Shown piece after piece: positions 1-10,966 of a stretch of 64,000 nt of DNA. Made by a program: the position numbers and the translations under genes. This DNA is from Phormidesmis sp. (GTDB lineage Bacteria > Cyanobacteriota > Cyanobacteriia > Leptolyngbyales > Leptolyngbyaceae), in the NCBI GenBank assembly GCA_965248535.1, contig CBDFJR010000002.1:2144001-2208000 (forward strand), read 5' to 3'. The notes below the pieces were generated by a model. It searched no databases and had not been told where the DNA came from. It saw nothing but the letters and a program-made list of their open reading frames with translations. The first letter of the stretch is position 1. Each line of letters begins with the position of its first letter.

Positions 1-202
1 CGTTTATGGAGCGCTTCTAAACAGAAAGAGAAAAGTAAAGAGAGATAGTGGAGTCCGGTCAACAGTCAAGAGGGCATGAATAGAAAACTGTTCAGTCAGT
101 TATGCTGTCAAATGCTGGGTGCCGTATTAGCTCGATCGTCAGCTTGTCTCTGCTGATCAATAGTTTAGCCACTGGTGTGTAATCTCATTTTCATGCGACT
201 CC

Positions 203-1978
203 CTAAGGAGACGGCGACGCAGAAGGAAGCGGTAACGGACTAGGGCTAGGCAACACACCGGGCTGATTGCCTTTTTGCAGCGCGACAAAAATATCGTAAC
301 GAGTCGTGCGATCGCTCGTCACCGCCGCCGTCACCCCGATCGAGTGAGTGGCTTCTAGCACCGTGCGATTCATCGGGGGCAATTGCAGCAGCGGAAAGAA
401 ATTGTTGAGACTTAGGGCCCGATCGACATCCATAAAGAAGCGACCGCTGTTTGGCTCTGGCGTGGTTTTAGTGGTTTTTCTAAACGCCTCACTCTCAGCG
501 AGGGAATTTGCAGGCTTGGGTAAGAAGCTCGGAGCCGCAGAAGCCCCCAGATTGAGGCTGAGAAAGGCAACATCGCCCTCTAGCCAGCCGTGGGTGACAC
601 TGACATCCCCGCTGGGCAGTGACCAGTTAACCACCGACTGACCCTCAACTTTTGCGTCTTCGACCTTGAAGGTATATTTGCTAGCCATAACCTCATCTAG
701 CTGTTTGAGCGTTTTTTCGGCGCTGCGGCGATCGCTGCTTTGCACCATAAACACCAAACTGGTGGGTGAAGTCGTAGACGGGGGCGACGATCGCTGAGGA
801 GACGGAATCAGCGCTAGCGCAAATTCTCCCTGCATCCAGTTGAGCAAGTCTTGGTCAAGATCTAACCCGACAGACGACTTGACTCCTTGACGCAGTTTGT
901 CAGGGTTGCTCAACAGCCCTTGGGGAAAAAGATAGCGCACCAAACTTGAAGAAGCCCCTTGAGTAAACTCTTGCCAAAACTGCTTTAAGTTTGAACCTGA
1001 AGCCATTCTCAACGTCTCTGCTGGGAGGCGATCGGGCATGATCTTGGCGTTGTTTTTGCCCTCAAACCGCTGCTTGCTGTCAGGCGTTAGCCACCAAACG
1101 GTTTTAAACTGAATGCCGTCGGGTTCTAAAGTGGCCGTGGTTGCCAGCCCTTGATTTTGCTGAAGCTGGTTCATCAACCCCTGAGACGGAACTGGGCGAT
1201 TAGAGTTAGCGGACGATGAGTTGACAAGAGCAGGCACATTGATATAGACACTGGCTAGAGACTGCGCGGCTTTGATCTGTTCTAAAGCGTCGCCATAGCC
1301 CGGTGTGCTAGAGAGCGCCTTTCCGCCTTTGTAGGTGTCGATCGCCCGATCGATGGCCTTTGGAGTCGTGGCGACTACGATTAATTGGGCATCAAGGGCA
1401 GCGATCGACACACTTTGAGCCGAGGTGCCCAACGTCTCGCGAATGTCTACGCCCTTATAATTGCGAACCGACCATTGCCCTTTTTGGGTGGCTGGAGACT
1501 GTTCTAAAACCTGTTTTGCCTTAGTGGGGTCAGCGATCGGCAGCACCATCACCGTCGGTTCGGGGTTGGCAGGCAGGGCAGGCTGCGACGGAGCGGGCAC
1601 CGCCACCCCTAGCTGAGGCGACAAAAAAGCTAGGGTGACCTCTTTGCCGACCCAGGGCTGCACATCGCGCTGAAAATCTAGCCCTTTGCTCGTGAGAAAG
1701 CGATCGCGAAACTGGGCTAAATTTTGGTCAAAGGCGACTTGACTGCGGGGGGTGCCAAACGATCGCAGCCGCTCCCACTGACTGGGTTCAGTTGAGACCG
1801 ACACCACCATCAGGGCATCTTGAGGCACGACATTTGCGCCGACGGGCATGACGCTCAAGCGCCCTTGCCGAGAGACTAGCCAATACATCACCGCTCCGCC
1901 GCCAATCAGCAGGGCAGAGGCCCCGACTGTGAGCAACAGAGGCAGCTTTTGCGTTCGAGGTTTCGGTTTGGCTTTCAT
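203..1978 (-). CDS. DUF3352 domain-containing membrane-anchored protein
   Basis: 591-aa ORF; N-terminal TM (LLLTVGASALLIGGGAVMYW); FQRDVQPWVGKEVTLA and DLDQDLLNWMQGEFALA motifs typical of cyanobacterial DUF3352; Pro/Ser tail. Confidence 0.75.
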   Translation of the reverse strand: MKAKPKPRTQKLPLLLTVGASALLIGGGAVMYWLVSRQGRLSVMPVGANVVPQDALMVVSVSTEPSQWERLRSFGTPRSQVAFDQNLAQFRDRFLTSKGLDFQRDVQPWVGKEVTLAFLSPQLGVAVPAPSQPALPANPEPTVMVLPIADPTKAKQVLEQSPATQKGQWSVRNYKGVDIRETLGTSAQSVSIAALDAQLIVVATTPKAIDRAIDTYKGGKALSSTPGYGDALEQIKAAQSLASVYINVPALVNSSSANSNRPVPSQGLMNQLQQNQGLATTATLEPDGIQFKTVWWLTPDSKQRFEGKNNAKIMPDRLPAETLRMASGSNLKQFWQEFTQGASSSLVRYLFPQGLLSNPDKLRQGVKSSVGLDLDQDLLNWMQGEFALALIPSPQRSSPPSTTSPTSLVFMVQSSDRRSAEKTLKQLDEVMASKYTFKVEDAKVEGQSVVNWSLPSGDVSVTHGWLEGDVAFLSLNLGASAAPSFLPKPANSLAESEAFRKTTKTTPEPNSGRFFMDVDRALSLNNFFPLLQLPPMNRTVLEATHSIGVTAAVTSDRTTRYDIFVALQKGNQPGVLPSPSPLPLPSASPSP

Positions 1979-2117
1979 TAACAGCAGAAAATGTTGGCAA
2001 TGCCATAATCACTCTAGAAAGTATGCACGTTCTTCGCAGATCATGCTAGAGGCGGCAACGGATTATTAACTGAATGCAGCCCTGAGGAGGGTTGCAGTAG
2101 TGACAGCTTGGGAGCCG

Positions 2118-3266
2118 CTACACGAGCGACCCCGATGGAACCACTTTTCTGTAGAGCGTATCTCGCTGCTGGTGGGGGCGACCGATCGCCGCGATCGCCG
2201 CTTGCAGGGTTTCTACTTCCATACAGGTTCCGCCGAGAGCACCCGCCATTGTGGTGATGTGTTCTTCCATCAGGGTGCCGCCGATGTCATTGCAGCCCCA
2301 TTGCAGCGCTTCTATGGCTCCGGCTAGACCCAGCTTGACCCAGCTAGGCTGATGATTAGGAATCCAGTTGCCGAGAAAGATGCGGGCGACGGCCATCAGC
2401 CGCAGGGCATCTGAGAGCACGGGCTGATCGCGTCCCACCCGACGACGGAGAGGTTTGGGCGCTTCTTGCCCAACAAAGGGCAGCAAAATGAATTCAGTGA
2501 TGCCTACATAGCCGTGAGACTTGGCCGATTGTTGCAGCGATCGGATCTGGTCTAGGTGCTGCATCTGCTGTTCGGGGGTTTCAATATGCCCTGAGAGCAT
2601 GGTGCTGGTGGTCGGCACTCCATGCTGGTGCGTGGTTCTCACGATTTCTAGCCAAGTTGCCGAATTAATTTTCTCAGGGCAGAGAATTCTTCGCACCTCG
2701 TCGTCTAGCACTTCGGCGGCTGTGCCGGGCATGGAATCGACTCCGCCTGCTTGCAGGGCAGCCACCACATCTGCAAAGGTCAAGTCGTCTTGTCTGGCGA
2801 TAAACTCGACTTCTTGAGGTGAAAAGGCGTGGAGATGCAGATGGGGAAACTCAGACTTGATCGCCTCAATCACTTTGAGATAGTAGGGCAGAGAAGCTCC
2901 ATCGATTTGGGCTTCTGGGTTTAGACCCCCCTGCATACAAATCTCGGTAGCGCCGCGCTTTACGGCATCGGTGGCTTTTTCTAAAATCTGGGCCCGATCG
3001 AGCCAATAAGCCCCGTCGTCGCCGCTGTCTCGTCGAAAGGCGCAAAAGCTACAGTGCTGCTCACAGATATTGGTGAAGTTAATGTTGCGATTGATCACAT
3101 ACGTGACCGTTTCACCCGCTTGGCGTTGGCGGAGGCGATCGGCTGTAGCGCGAATCTGCTCGATCTCCGCTGGCTCAGTCTGCTTAAGCAGCACGACTCC
3201 TTCTTGAGGCGACAGGTCAGCGCCTGCGATCGCTCGGTCTAAAATCTCTGAAACGTTCATCTTCAT
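2118..3266 (-). CDS. cofH: 7,8-didemethyl-8-hydroxy-5-deazariboflavin (FO) synthase subunit CofH, radical SAM
   Basis: [19 protein letters not shown] (CxxxCxxC), [37 protein letters not shown]. Confidence 0.9.
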   Translation of the reverse strand: MKMNVSEILDRAIAGADLSPQEGVVLLKQTEPAEIEQIRATADRLRQRQAGETVTYVINRNINFTNICEQHCSFCAFRRDSGDDGAYWLDRAQILEKATDAVKRGATEICMQGGLNPEAQIDGASLPYYLKVIEAIKSEFPHLHLHAFSPQEVEFIARQDDLTFADVVAALQAGGVDSMPGTAAEVLDDEVRRILCPEKINSATWLEIVRTTHQHGVPTTSTMLSGHIETPEQQMQHLDQIRSLQQSAKSHGYVGITEFILLPFVGQEAPKPLRRRVGRDQPVLSDALRLMAVARIFLGNWIPNHQPSWVKLGLAGAIEALQWGCNDIGGTLMEEHITTMAGALGGTCMEVETLQAAIAAIGRPHQQRDTLYRKVVPSGSLV

Positions 3267-3271
3267 TCCCT

Positions 3272-4036
3272 TTACCGTTCCCCTGGTGCTCCCAACATTC
3301 TCAACACTCGATTGACATCGTTGAGGTCGCCGACAATGCGCCGCACCGGGCGCGGATAGACCTTCACTAGGGTCGGAGTCGCCGAAACCTGATCGATTTC
3401 TGCCTGTTCTGGATGCTTAAAAATGTCGATTACCTTCAGTGTATAGGGGTGACCGAGCGACTCTTCTAAGAGTTGGTGCAAGTTTTCTAAAATGCGCTGG
3501 GTCGCGGCACTGTAGCCCGACACAAACAGCCGCAGCACATAGCCTTGGGTATAGGTTTGAGCCACTCCTATCGCCCGACGATCGCCCGACTCAGACCGCT
3601 CGATCGGGCTGCTCTCAACGCGAATCACCAGATCGTGGCTCTCCCAAAGCTGAGGAAACTGCTGGCGATAGGTGGCTAATAGCGCTGGATCGCAGACCCC
3701 TTCGGGCAAGGGGGCCATCTGCCAGTTGAGGTGCTGAGTCTCAAACACAGCATCTAACAGCGCCCGATAGCGAAAGACGAGAGGATAAGCTTCAGCAAAG
3801 GTTCTCACTTGGCGTGTGGCAGAGTCGAGCCAGCGATCGAGGGTGGCCGTGTAGCAAGGCACTAAAAAATGGGGCGGTTCGGGTAGCTCTAAAATTTCCT
3901 GAAGGGTCGCACACAGATTCAAATGCCATCGCCCTTGTTTGCCGGGGTCAATGCAGTAGACCAAATCTCCACCGGGCGTAAACAGAGCGATGCCTTTAAA
4001 AACTGACGGAACGGAACGCCGGAAATAGGGATTCAA
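3272..4036 (-). CDS. KaiB-like domain protein with long N-terminal domain
   Basis: C-terminal YVLRLFVSG...[16 protein letters not shown]...[20 protein letters not shown] is a KaiB-fold signature; 5 bp upstream of cofH. Confidence 0.8.
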   Translation of the reverse strand: MNPYFRRSVPSVFKGIALFTPGGDLVYCIDPGKQGRWHLNLCATLQEILELPEPPHFLVPCYTATLDRWLDSATRQVRTFAEAYPLVFRYRALLDAVFETQHLNWQMAPLPEGVCDPALLATYRQQFPQLWESHDLVIRVESSPIERSESGDRRAIGVAQTYTQGYVLRLFVSGYSAATQRILENLHQLLEESLGHPYTLKVIDIFKHPEQAEIDQVSATPTLVKVYPRPVRRIVGDLNDVNRVLRMLGAPGER

Positions 4037-4159
4037 GATCTACCAACAAAAAATGAAGAGGGGACTTGAAGCGATCAGTAGATCACCTCAAGAGACTATT
4101 CTCTTACATTCGCTGGACAATCTACGATCGAGAACCTAGTCAAAAAAATTTGGACTGGC

Positions 4160-4924
4160 TCACCAGAGAAGCAACTGGGCTGCCGAGTTAAAAAACTGCC
4201 GCAATAGCCCCTGCGTCACCAAAATCGTGGTCAACAGCGTCGAAAACGCCAGCATAAACAAAATCAACAGTTGAAACGCCGCCGCCTGAATCGGATTGGC
4301 TCCGCCTAAAAGTTGACCCGTGATCGTGCCTGGAAGCGTCACCAACCCCACCACCATCATCGAGTTGAGGGTCGGAATCAATCCTGCTTTGATGGCATCG
4401 CGGCGATGGTGAGCCACCGCTTGTTGAGGCGTTGCCCCCAAACTGAGATGGGTTTCAATTTCGAGTTGACTCGCGTTGAGGGTGCTGACTAAGCGATCGC
4501 CCGCGATCGCCGCCGCATTCATCGCGTTGCCCAACACAATGCCTGTGAGGGGAATCACTGCCTGCGGGTCATACCACGGCTGGGGCTGCACAATCAGCAG
4601 ATTAGTGTAGGTCAACGTCAGGGCAGTGCTGACTAGAATGGAGCCAGCAATTAGGGGCAGCAAGCGCGGAATTTTTTGACTGATGCGATTGCGGGCCACG
4701 ATCGAGGCAATCACGAGCATTCCCGCTAAAACTGCCAGCACTGCCCAGGGATTTTTGAAGGCAAACACGACCCCCAAAAAATAGCCCACCACGGTTAATT
4801 GGGCGATCGTCCGGCCTGCTGCGAGAGTCAAACTGCCCTCTAAGCCCACTTTTTGCCAGGCTGAAAGCGCGATCGCTGCAACGATTAGCCCCAAAGCCCA
4901 CGGAAGTCGAATGAGTAGATCCAT
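4160..4924 (-). CDS. fetB: UPF0014/FetB-family ABC transporter permease
   Basis: GRTIAQLTVVGY, IPLTGIVLGNAMN, IETHLSLGATP, GLVTLPGTITGQLLGG; multiple TM helices. Confidence 0.8.
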   Translation of the reverse strand: MDLLIRLPWALGLIVAAIALSAWQKVGLEGSLTLAAGRTIAQLTVVGYFLGVVFAFKNPWAVLAVLAGMLVIASIVARNRISQKIPRLLPLIAGSILVSTALTLTYTNLLIVQPQPWYDPQAVIPLTGIVLGNAMNAAAIAGDRLVSTLNASQLEIETHLSLGATPQQAVAHHRRDAIKAGLIPTLNSMMVVGLVTLPGTITGQLLGGANPIQAAAFQLLILFMLAFSTLLTTILVTQGLLRQFFNSAAQLLLW

Positions 4925-5065
4925 GCTGCGCCGCTTTTCCTCTTAACTCCCCGATCTTGCCAGATAGAGGATTTGTTGAAACAATTGAAAGGTTTAATAG
5001 TCTAGCTGCTTAAGAAACCCGATTCTAAAAGCGGCCTTAGCAATTACAGCGCGTGGTGCAGTTGA

Positions 5066-6205
5066 GTGAATATCATCCCTCCGTTTGACCTGTCAGAACA
5101 ATATAAAGTTATCGGCGAAGAGATTAATCAAGCCGTTTTAGACGTGCTGGCTTCTGGTCGATATATTGGCGGCGCGATCGTTGAAAAATTTGAGCAAACG
5201 CTGGCGGCTTACCTAGGGGTTTCTGAGTGCGTGTCCTGCAACTCTGGCACCGATGCGCTTTATCTAGCCCTTCGCGCTTTTAAAATCGGGGCCGGAGACG
5301 AGGTGATCACCACGCCGTTTACCTTTGTGGCCACGGGCGAAACGGTGAGTGCAGTTGGGGCTACGCCAGTTTTTGTCGATATCGATCCACAGACGTTTAA
5401 TCTAGATCTGAGTCAAATCGAGGCGGCGATTACGCCCCGCACAAAGGCGATCGTTCCCGTTCATCTATTTGGGCAGCCTGTTGATATGACGCGACTGATG
5501 GCGATCGCTGACGCTCATCACCTAACCGTGATCGAAGACTGTGCCCAGGCAACGGGGGCAGACTGGGCGGGTCAAAAAGTCGGCAGCATTGGACAGATTG
5601 GCTGTTTTAGCTTTTATCCGACTAAAAATCTGGGAGCCTGTGGCGATGGGGGCGCAATCACGACCAATGACCCAGAGATTGCAGCAACCCTGAGAATGCT
5701 GCGGGATCACGGGCGGCGCAGTGGCTATTATCACGAAGAATTTGGAGTCAACAGCCGACTCGACGCAGTGCAGGCGGCAATTTTGCAGATCAAACTGCGC
5801 TATCTCGACGGCTGGAATGATCAGCGTCGTCTCGTTGCCGATCGCTATCATCAACTGCTGCACCCCATTTCTAGAGTGGTGACACCGCAGGAAATTCCTA
5901 ACGGGCACAGCGTCTGGAATCAATATACCGTCAGGGTTGTAGACGATCTCAATCAGCCTCAAGATGGGGAACGGCTGCGCGATCGCGTTCGCACCCAACT
6001 CCGAGCAATGGGGGTCAACTCCATGATTTATTACCCATTGCCGCTGCATCTGCAACCGATTTATCAGTCGTTGGGCTATCAGCCTGGGCAGTTGCCGATG
6101 TCCGATCGGGTCGCTGGTGAAGTCTTATCGCTGCCGATGTTTCCCGAACTCTCGATCGAGCAGCAAGATCAGGTGATTTACAGTTTAAAAGACTGTTTGG
6201 GGTGA
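5066..6205 (+). CDS. DegT/DnrJ/EryC1/StrS family PLP aminotransferase
   Basis: NSGTDAL, IVPVHLFGQ, EDCAQA, FSFYPTKNLGACGDGG, NSRLD. Confidence 0.92.
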   Translation: MNIIPPFDLSEQYKVIGEEINQAVLDVLASGRYIGGAIVEKFEQTLAAYLGVSECVSCNSGTDALYLALRAFKIGAGDEVITTPFTFVATGETVSAVGATPVFVDIDPQTFNLDLSQIEAAITPRTKAIVPVHLFGQPVDMTRLMAIADAHHLTVIEDCAQATGADWAGQKVGSIGQIGCFSFYPTKNLGACGDGGAITTNDPEIAATLRMLRDHGRRSGYYHEEFGVNSRLDAVQAAILQIKLRYLDGWNDQRRLVADRYHQLLHPISRVVTPQEIPNGHSVWNQYTVRVVDDLNQPQDGERLRDRVRTQLRAMGVNSMIYYPLPLHLQPIYQSLGYQPGQLPMSDRVAGEVLSLPMFPELSIEQQDQVIYSLKDCLG

Positions 6206-6474
6206 GCGATTCTGCCAGAAAATCGGTAGAAACTTTACGGTTGACGGGTTTAGATGAAATATGCTCTTGATGAGCCTAAAGCAATAAATTTGTAGTTTTC
6301 CATACTAGAATTAAACAAAAGGTAACAATTAGTAATCATTAATAGCAGTTATCTATCCGGGATATTTCCGAAGTTTTTGGCAATCAGTTAGGGTTGTAGG
6401 CGCAAGCCGCTCTACATCCGATCTGAGCGACTGCTATTGGTGCTTAACCCTAGTCTTGAGAGGCACTGTAGAAC

Positions 6475-8229
6475 GTGGGTCTAAGTCCCCTGAGTCAGCT
6501 TAAAAAATATGATGCGGGTGCGATCGCCCGATATTATCGCTATCGTCCGTGGAGGGCTATCTGGCGCGCTCTCAAAATCACTGGCTTCTTTTTAGGATTT
6601 ATTCTCGGCTTAAAGTGGGATGACTGGCAGGGTCAAGCAGAGCGCAACCAATATCGTCGTGCATCTCAGCTACGGCAGATCTTGACCGATTTGGGCCCGA
6701 CGTTTATCAAGGTGGGTCAGGCGCTCTCTACACGACCTGATTTAGTCCGGCAAGATTTTCTAGCTGAACTGGTGAAACTGCAAGACCAGTTGCCGCCTTT
6801 TTCTAATGAGCTTGCGTTTCGGACGATCGAGACCCAGTTGGATGACCCGATCGCCGATATTTTTAGCGAAATCTCGCCCAACCCTGTAGCGGCCGCTAGC
6901 TTGGGGCAAGTCTATCGCGCTCGTCTCTACAGTGGCGAAGAGGTGGCGGTCAAGGTGCAGCGTCCCAATCTTCACCCGATCTTGACCCTTGATCTCTATT
7001 TGATGCGCTGGGCGGCGAGTTGGCTGTCACCCTGGCTGCCGCTTAATTTGGGGCACGACCTAACGCTGATTGTCGATGAGTTTGGCACCAAGCTATTTGA
7101 AGAAATCGACTACATTAACGAAGGCCGCAACGCTGAGAAATTTGCTGACAACTTTCGCGGCGACCCCACGGTGAAAGTGCCCTCGATCGTCTGGCGCTAC
7201 ACCACTTACAACGTGCTTGTTTTGGAGTGGATTAATGGGTTTAAGCTCACGGATCTCGATCGCATCAAACAAACTGGCCTCGACACCGACGCTCTGATTC
7301 GGATCGGGGTCACGTCGGGTCTACGGCAACTGCTCGAACACGGCTTTTTTCACGCTGACCCCCACCCTGGAAATTTGTTTGCGGTGGCGGCACCCTCCAC
7401 TAATGGCGACGGGGCGGCAACGGCGCAAATGGCTTACATCGACTTTGGCATGATGGATCAGTTGGATGAGAGCGGCAAAGAAAGCCTCGTGGATGCTGTC
7501 GTGCATCTGATCAACAAAGATTATGTTGAGCTGGCCAAAGATTTCGTCAAATTAGGGTTCTTAACGCCCGATGTAGATATTCTGCCGATCGTCCCCGCTT
7601 TAGAATCGGTGCTGGGTGACATCATGGGCGAGAGCGTCCGAGATTTTAACTTCAAGACGATCACCGATCAGTTTTCAAAGCTGATGTATGATTACCCATT
7701 CCGAATTCCGGCTAAGTTTGCGCTGATCATCCGATCGCTGGTCACCCAAGAAGGCTTGGCGCTTACTCTCAATCCCAATTTTAGAATTGTCGAAGTGGCT
7801 TATCCCTATATTGCTCGACGGTTGCTGACGGGCGAATCGGCTCAACTGCGGCGCAGGCTGATTGAGGTGCTGTTTAAAGGAGGCAAGTTTCAGTGGCAGC
7901 GCCTAGAAAATTTGATCGCGATCGCGCAATCCGACGATGGATTTGATCTGCTGCCCACGGCGCAACTAGGGCTGCAATACATTCTCTCTGGTGAAGGTCA
8001 ATTTTTGCGCCAGCAGCTACTTTTGGCGCTGACCGAAGACGATCGCCTGCACACTGAAGAAGTGCGGCGCTTGTGGGATCTGATCAAAGGTGAACTGAAG
8101 CCCGATCGCTTGCTCAGTGCTGCGGTTGGCGCTATTGCAGAGTTTTCGGCAGCCCGAACGGCGGCTCTAATGCCATCGGTGGCGGCTTTGACTGATCTCG
8201 CCGCTAACGGTACTATGAAGAAGTTTTAA
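6475..8229 (+). CDS. ABC1/AarF/UbiB family atypical kinase
   Basis: LGPTFIKVGQALSTRPDL, AAASLGQVY, VAVKVQRP, HADPHPGN, DFGMM. Confidence 0.92.
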   Translation: MGLSPLSQLKKYDAGAIARYYRYRPWRAIWRALKITGFFLGFILGLKWDDWQGQAERNQYRRASQLRQILTDLGPTFIKVGQALSTRPDLVRQDFLAELVKLQDQLPPFSNELAFRTIETQLDDPIADIFSEISPNPVAAASLGQVYRARLYSGEEVAVKVQRPNLHPILTLDLYLMRWAASWLSPWLPLNLGHDLTLIVDEFGTKLFEEIDYINEGRNAEKFADNFRGDPTVKVPSIVWRYTTYNVLVLEWINGFKLTDLDRIKQTGLDTDALIRIGVTSGLRQLLEHGFFHADPHPGNLFAVAAPSTNGDGAATAQMAYIDFGMMDQLDESGKESLVDAVVHLINKDYVELAKDFVKLGFLTPDVDILPIVPALESVLGDIMGESVRDFNFKTITDQFSKLMYDYPFRIPAKFALIIRSLVTQEGLALTLNPNFRIVEVAYPYIARRLLTGESAQLRRRLIEVLFKGGKFQWQRLENLIAIAQSDDGFDLLPTAQLGLQYILSGEGQFLRQQLLLALTEDDRLHTEEVRRLWDLIKGELKPDRLLSAAVGAIAEFSAARTAALMPSVAALTDLAANGTMKKF

Positions 8230-8268
8230 GCAACAACTGTTCACTTTCCCCTACCTTCTTAACCAAAC

Positions 8269-8640
8269 GTGTATAGCTTCCCCGAACCTCCCTATCTCCT
8301 GCTTGTGATCGGCCTGTTGGCGAGTCTGGCTTCTGGCACCGCTTTTGATGCTGTGCTCAAACAATCGGTGCGCGAGTGGTCAAAAAATCGATCGACCTAC
8401 ACCCTAGCCAACGTGCAGGGAATGCAGCTTTTTGTGCCATTTTTGGGCATTGCGGGCGGCTGCTGTTTTTTCTTGTCGGCTGGCATGGAGATTTTTGGTC
8501 TGCCGACGTTTCTAGCCTATGGCATTGCGGTGCCGTTGACGATCGCTATTACTTGGCTGGTCTGGTGGCAGTTGGGCAAAATTTTGGCAGAGCTTGAGCA
8601 GGGTGGTTCTCAAGCCTTAGACTTAGATTCTTTCGGCTGA
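8269..8640 (+). CDS. small membrane protein, hypothetical
   Basis: 123-aa ORF with three hydrophobic segments, 39 bp after the ABC1 kinase. Confidence 0.7.
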   Translation: MYSFPEPPYLLLVIGLLASLASGTAFDAVLKQSVREWSKNRSTYTLANVQGMQLFVPFLGIAGGCCFFLSAGMEIFGLPTFLAYGIAVPLTIAITWLVWWQLGKILAELEQGGSQALDLDSFG

Positions 8641-8706
8641 TTTAGACTCTTCGCTGACTCGCTTGGGGTCGTGAATTAAATCTAGTGGGTCATCTGCATA
8701 GGCACT

Positions 8707-8820
8707 GGGCACGGCAGTGCCATGCCCTTACTGCGGTGGGTTATCCGGGCACGGCAGTGCCATGCCTCTACTGCGGTGGGTTATCTGCGTGGGCCTTGTA
8801 CGACAGTGCCATGCCCTTAC
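8707..8820. repeat. cluster of REP-like palindromes (GGGCACGGCAGTGCCATGCCCTTAC)
   Basis: Near-identical 25-bp units at 8707-8731 and 8747-8771, each followed by TGCGGTGGGTTATC, plus a degenerate third copy ending at 8820; lies between convergent genes. Confidence 0.85.
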
Positions 8821-8842
8821 TGAGACTTCTTAGGGTGTGGCT

Positions 8843-9769
8843 CTAGCGGGTTCTCAGTTTTTCAAGCTGCTGCGCTGATTTTTCGGCCCAAGCTGAATTT
8901 TTTTGGGCTGTAAACAAGTTTTTGGCATAGTTAAAAACCTGCTGGGCATCTGCGATCTTGTTCTGACGAATGAAGACTAATCCTGCTCCATAGTAGGCGT
9001 TGGCATAATTGGGGTTGACTTGGCTAGACTGGCGAAACGCAGTCAGAGCGCCGCCGAAATCTCCCTGGTTAAATAGAATTGAACCCAGGCTGTAATGAGC
9101 CTCTGCATAGTTGGGGTTGCGCTGCACAGCAAGCCGAAAGGCGGCGATCGCTTCTCTATTCTTCTGCTGTTTTTGATAGACCAAGCCCAGATGATAAAGT
9201 GGCTCTGGCGCGCTGGGCGTGAATTGAGCCGCTTCTTGAAAGGCAGCGATCGCGCCTGATAAATCATTTTGAAGCTCTAAGACGAGACCAAGATTGTAGT
9301 AAGCAAGTCCGAGTTTGGGGTCGAGTTGGAGCGATCGCTGCAAATAGTCTCGCGCTTGATTGAAATTATTTCCTTCGATCAGGGCGGCTCCTAGATTTGC
9401 ATAGGCTAATGCAAAATTGGGATCAGCCTGAGTTGCTTGATGAAAGGCTGTGGCCGAGGCTTGCAGTTGCCCTTGCTGCCGCAGCGCCAGCCCCAGATTA
9501 TAGTGAGCCGCCGCCAGATTGGGATTGATTTGGGTCGCCTGTCGAAAAGCGGCGATCGCGTCATTGAGTCGCCCTTGCTGAATGAGTTGCAACCCCTGGT
9601 TAACTCTGGCTTCGGCGGTTTGCCCGTTGGTTTGCGCCATCACCACCGTCGTGATTCGCTCCGGCAAGATCACTAAGCTTGAAATCAGCAATCCGCTAGC
9701 GAGAACACTGAGAGATTTAACGAAGAACGACATACCAAATTTGAGGCTGAGAGGGCCGATCGCAGCCAA
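8843..9769 (-). CDS. exported TPR-repeat protein
   Basis: Signal-like N-terminus, then repeated AHYNLG/AYANLG/AYYNLG TPR units; true start may be about 9733. Confidence 0.88.
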   Translation of the reverse strand: MAAIGPLSLKFGMSFFVKSLSVLASGLLISSLVILPERITTVVMAQTNGQTAEARVNQGLQLIQQGRLNDAIAAFRQATQINPNLAAAHYNLGLALRQQGQLQASATAFHQATQADPNFALAYANLGAALIEGNNFNQARDYLQRSLQLDPKLGLAYYNLGLVLELQNDLSGAIAAFQEAAQFTPSAPEPLYHLGLVYQKQQKNREAIAAFRLAVQRNPNYAEAHYSLGSILFNQGDFGGALTAFRQSSQVNPNYANAYYGAGLVFIRQNKIADAQQVFNYAKNLFTAQKNSAWAEKSAQQLEKLRTR

Positions 9770-10047
9770 TCATAGCAGCAATCGATTGAGGTGAAGCGGA
9801 TTGTTCGGCTGCTCCTCCGCACTATGGTAGAGGTAGTGCTTGGAGCACACCTATGAGCCATTAGAATGAGGTCATCGCTGGCTTACGCTATTGAGATGTA
9901 ACAAGTTTCAAGTACTAGTGCTCGAAATGAGCAGTACAGATATACCGTATCTATTTTTTGTGATACAAGATTAATATGCTCATTTCTCTGTATTCTGTCT
10001 GCTTTCTAGGAGATGAATCCGTATTTGCCTGAAATCTAATCACAACT

Positions 10048-10875
10048 ATGACGTACACCCGAAAATCACCAATTCTGGCTAATTTTCAGAAGAAAGACAG
10101 CATTTGTAATATTTGTCAGAAGGAAAAAGAGTTGTCACTCGATCATGTACCGCCTCAAGCTTGTCCACCAGCTAAAAGTAGGGTAACTTCTAAACTTCTG
10201 TATCAGATGATTGGTGACACTTCATTCCGTCCTCGACTGGATCAAAATGGCGTAACATTTAAGACAATATGCTCCGATTGCAACAACTTGATAGGGTCGA
10301 GATATGACCAAGCTTTGGGAGATCTTTCCCGAAGAATTGAGAGCTTTGTCGAAAGTACTCTAAGTTTGCCAGATTCCTTTGAGGTCGAGTGCCAACCCAA
10401 TGCAGTGATGCGTTCTGTCTTAGGACATCTTCTTGCAGCTAAAACTGAGACGGATGAAGTAGTTATAGATGAGCTGATTAGACCTTGTGTAATAGATCCG
10501 TCAATGCCAATTCATGATGATATTCATGTTTTCTACTGGGTCTATCCTTACGAAGAGACGGTAATTTTCAGAGATTTCCTCATGCAGGCGGTAAGAGGTA
10601 GCTTTCAAGGTATTGGAGCCTTTAATCTGCTCAAGTTTTATCCGCTCGCCTTTTTAGTTACACATCAACTTCCCAAATACGAGGGTTTGTCTAGCCTGCA
10701 CCAATTTAATCAGATTGCACCAGGTGAAAAGAGCAATGTTCAAATCAACTTGCGTGCTACAAAACAGTCCAGGTTTCCCGAAGAATGTTCTCACAATAAC
10801 TTCCTTGCATTTGGAAGAGCTGAAAGAGATTCCGTCCATTCAGTTCCGAAGTCGAAAAAGGGCAAGGCTCGGTGA
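10048..10875 (+). CDS. HNH-like (His-Me finger) nuclease-domain protein
   Basis: CNIC...LSLDHVPPQAC...ICSDCNN Zn-finger/HNH pattern; AT-richer than the neighbours, no HIP1 seen. Confidence 0.65.
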   Translation: MTYTRKSPILANFQKKDSICNICQKEKELSLDHVPPQACPPAKSRVTSKLLYQMIGDTSFRPRLDQNGVTFKTICSDCNNLIGSRYDQALGDLSRRIESFVESTLSLPDSFEVECQPNAVMRSVLGHLLAAKTETDEVVIDELIRPCVIDPSMPIHDDIHVFYWVYPYEETVIFRDFLMQAVRGSFQGIGAFNLLKFYPLAFLVTHQLPKYEGLSSLHQFNQIAPGEKSNVQINLRATKQSRFPEECSHNNFLAFGRAERDSVHSVPKSKKGKAR

Positions 10876-10966
10876 ACCTGTGAAACTGCCCAGAACCCAC
10901 CATAATTAATCGGCTCTTTATCCTAATATTTGAGATCTATTTGAGAATCCGATTTGCCTGAACTCT

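Noticed and set aside
8707..8820. mini-CRISPR
   Set aside because: The linkers are repeated rather than unique and only 15 bp long; same REP family.
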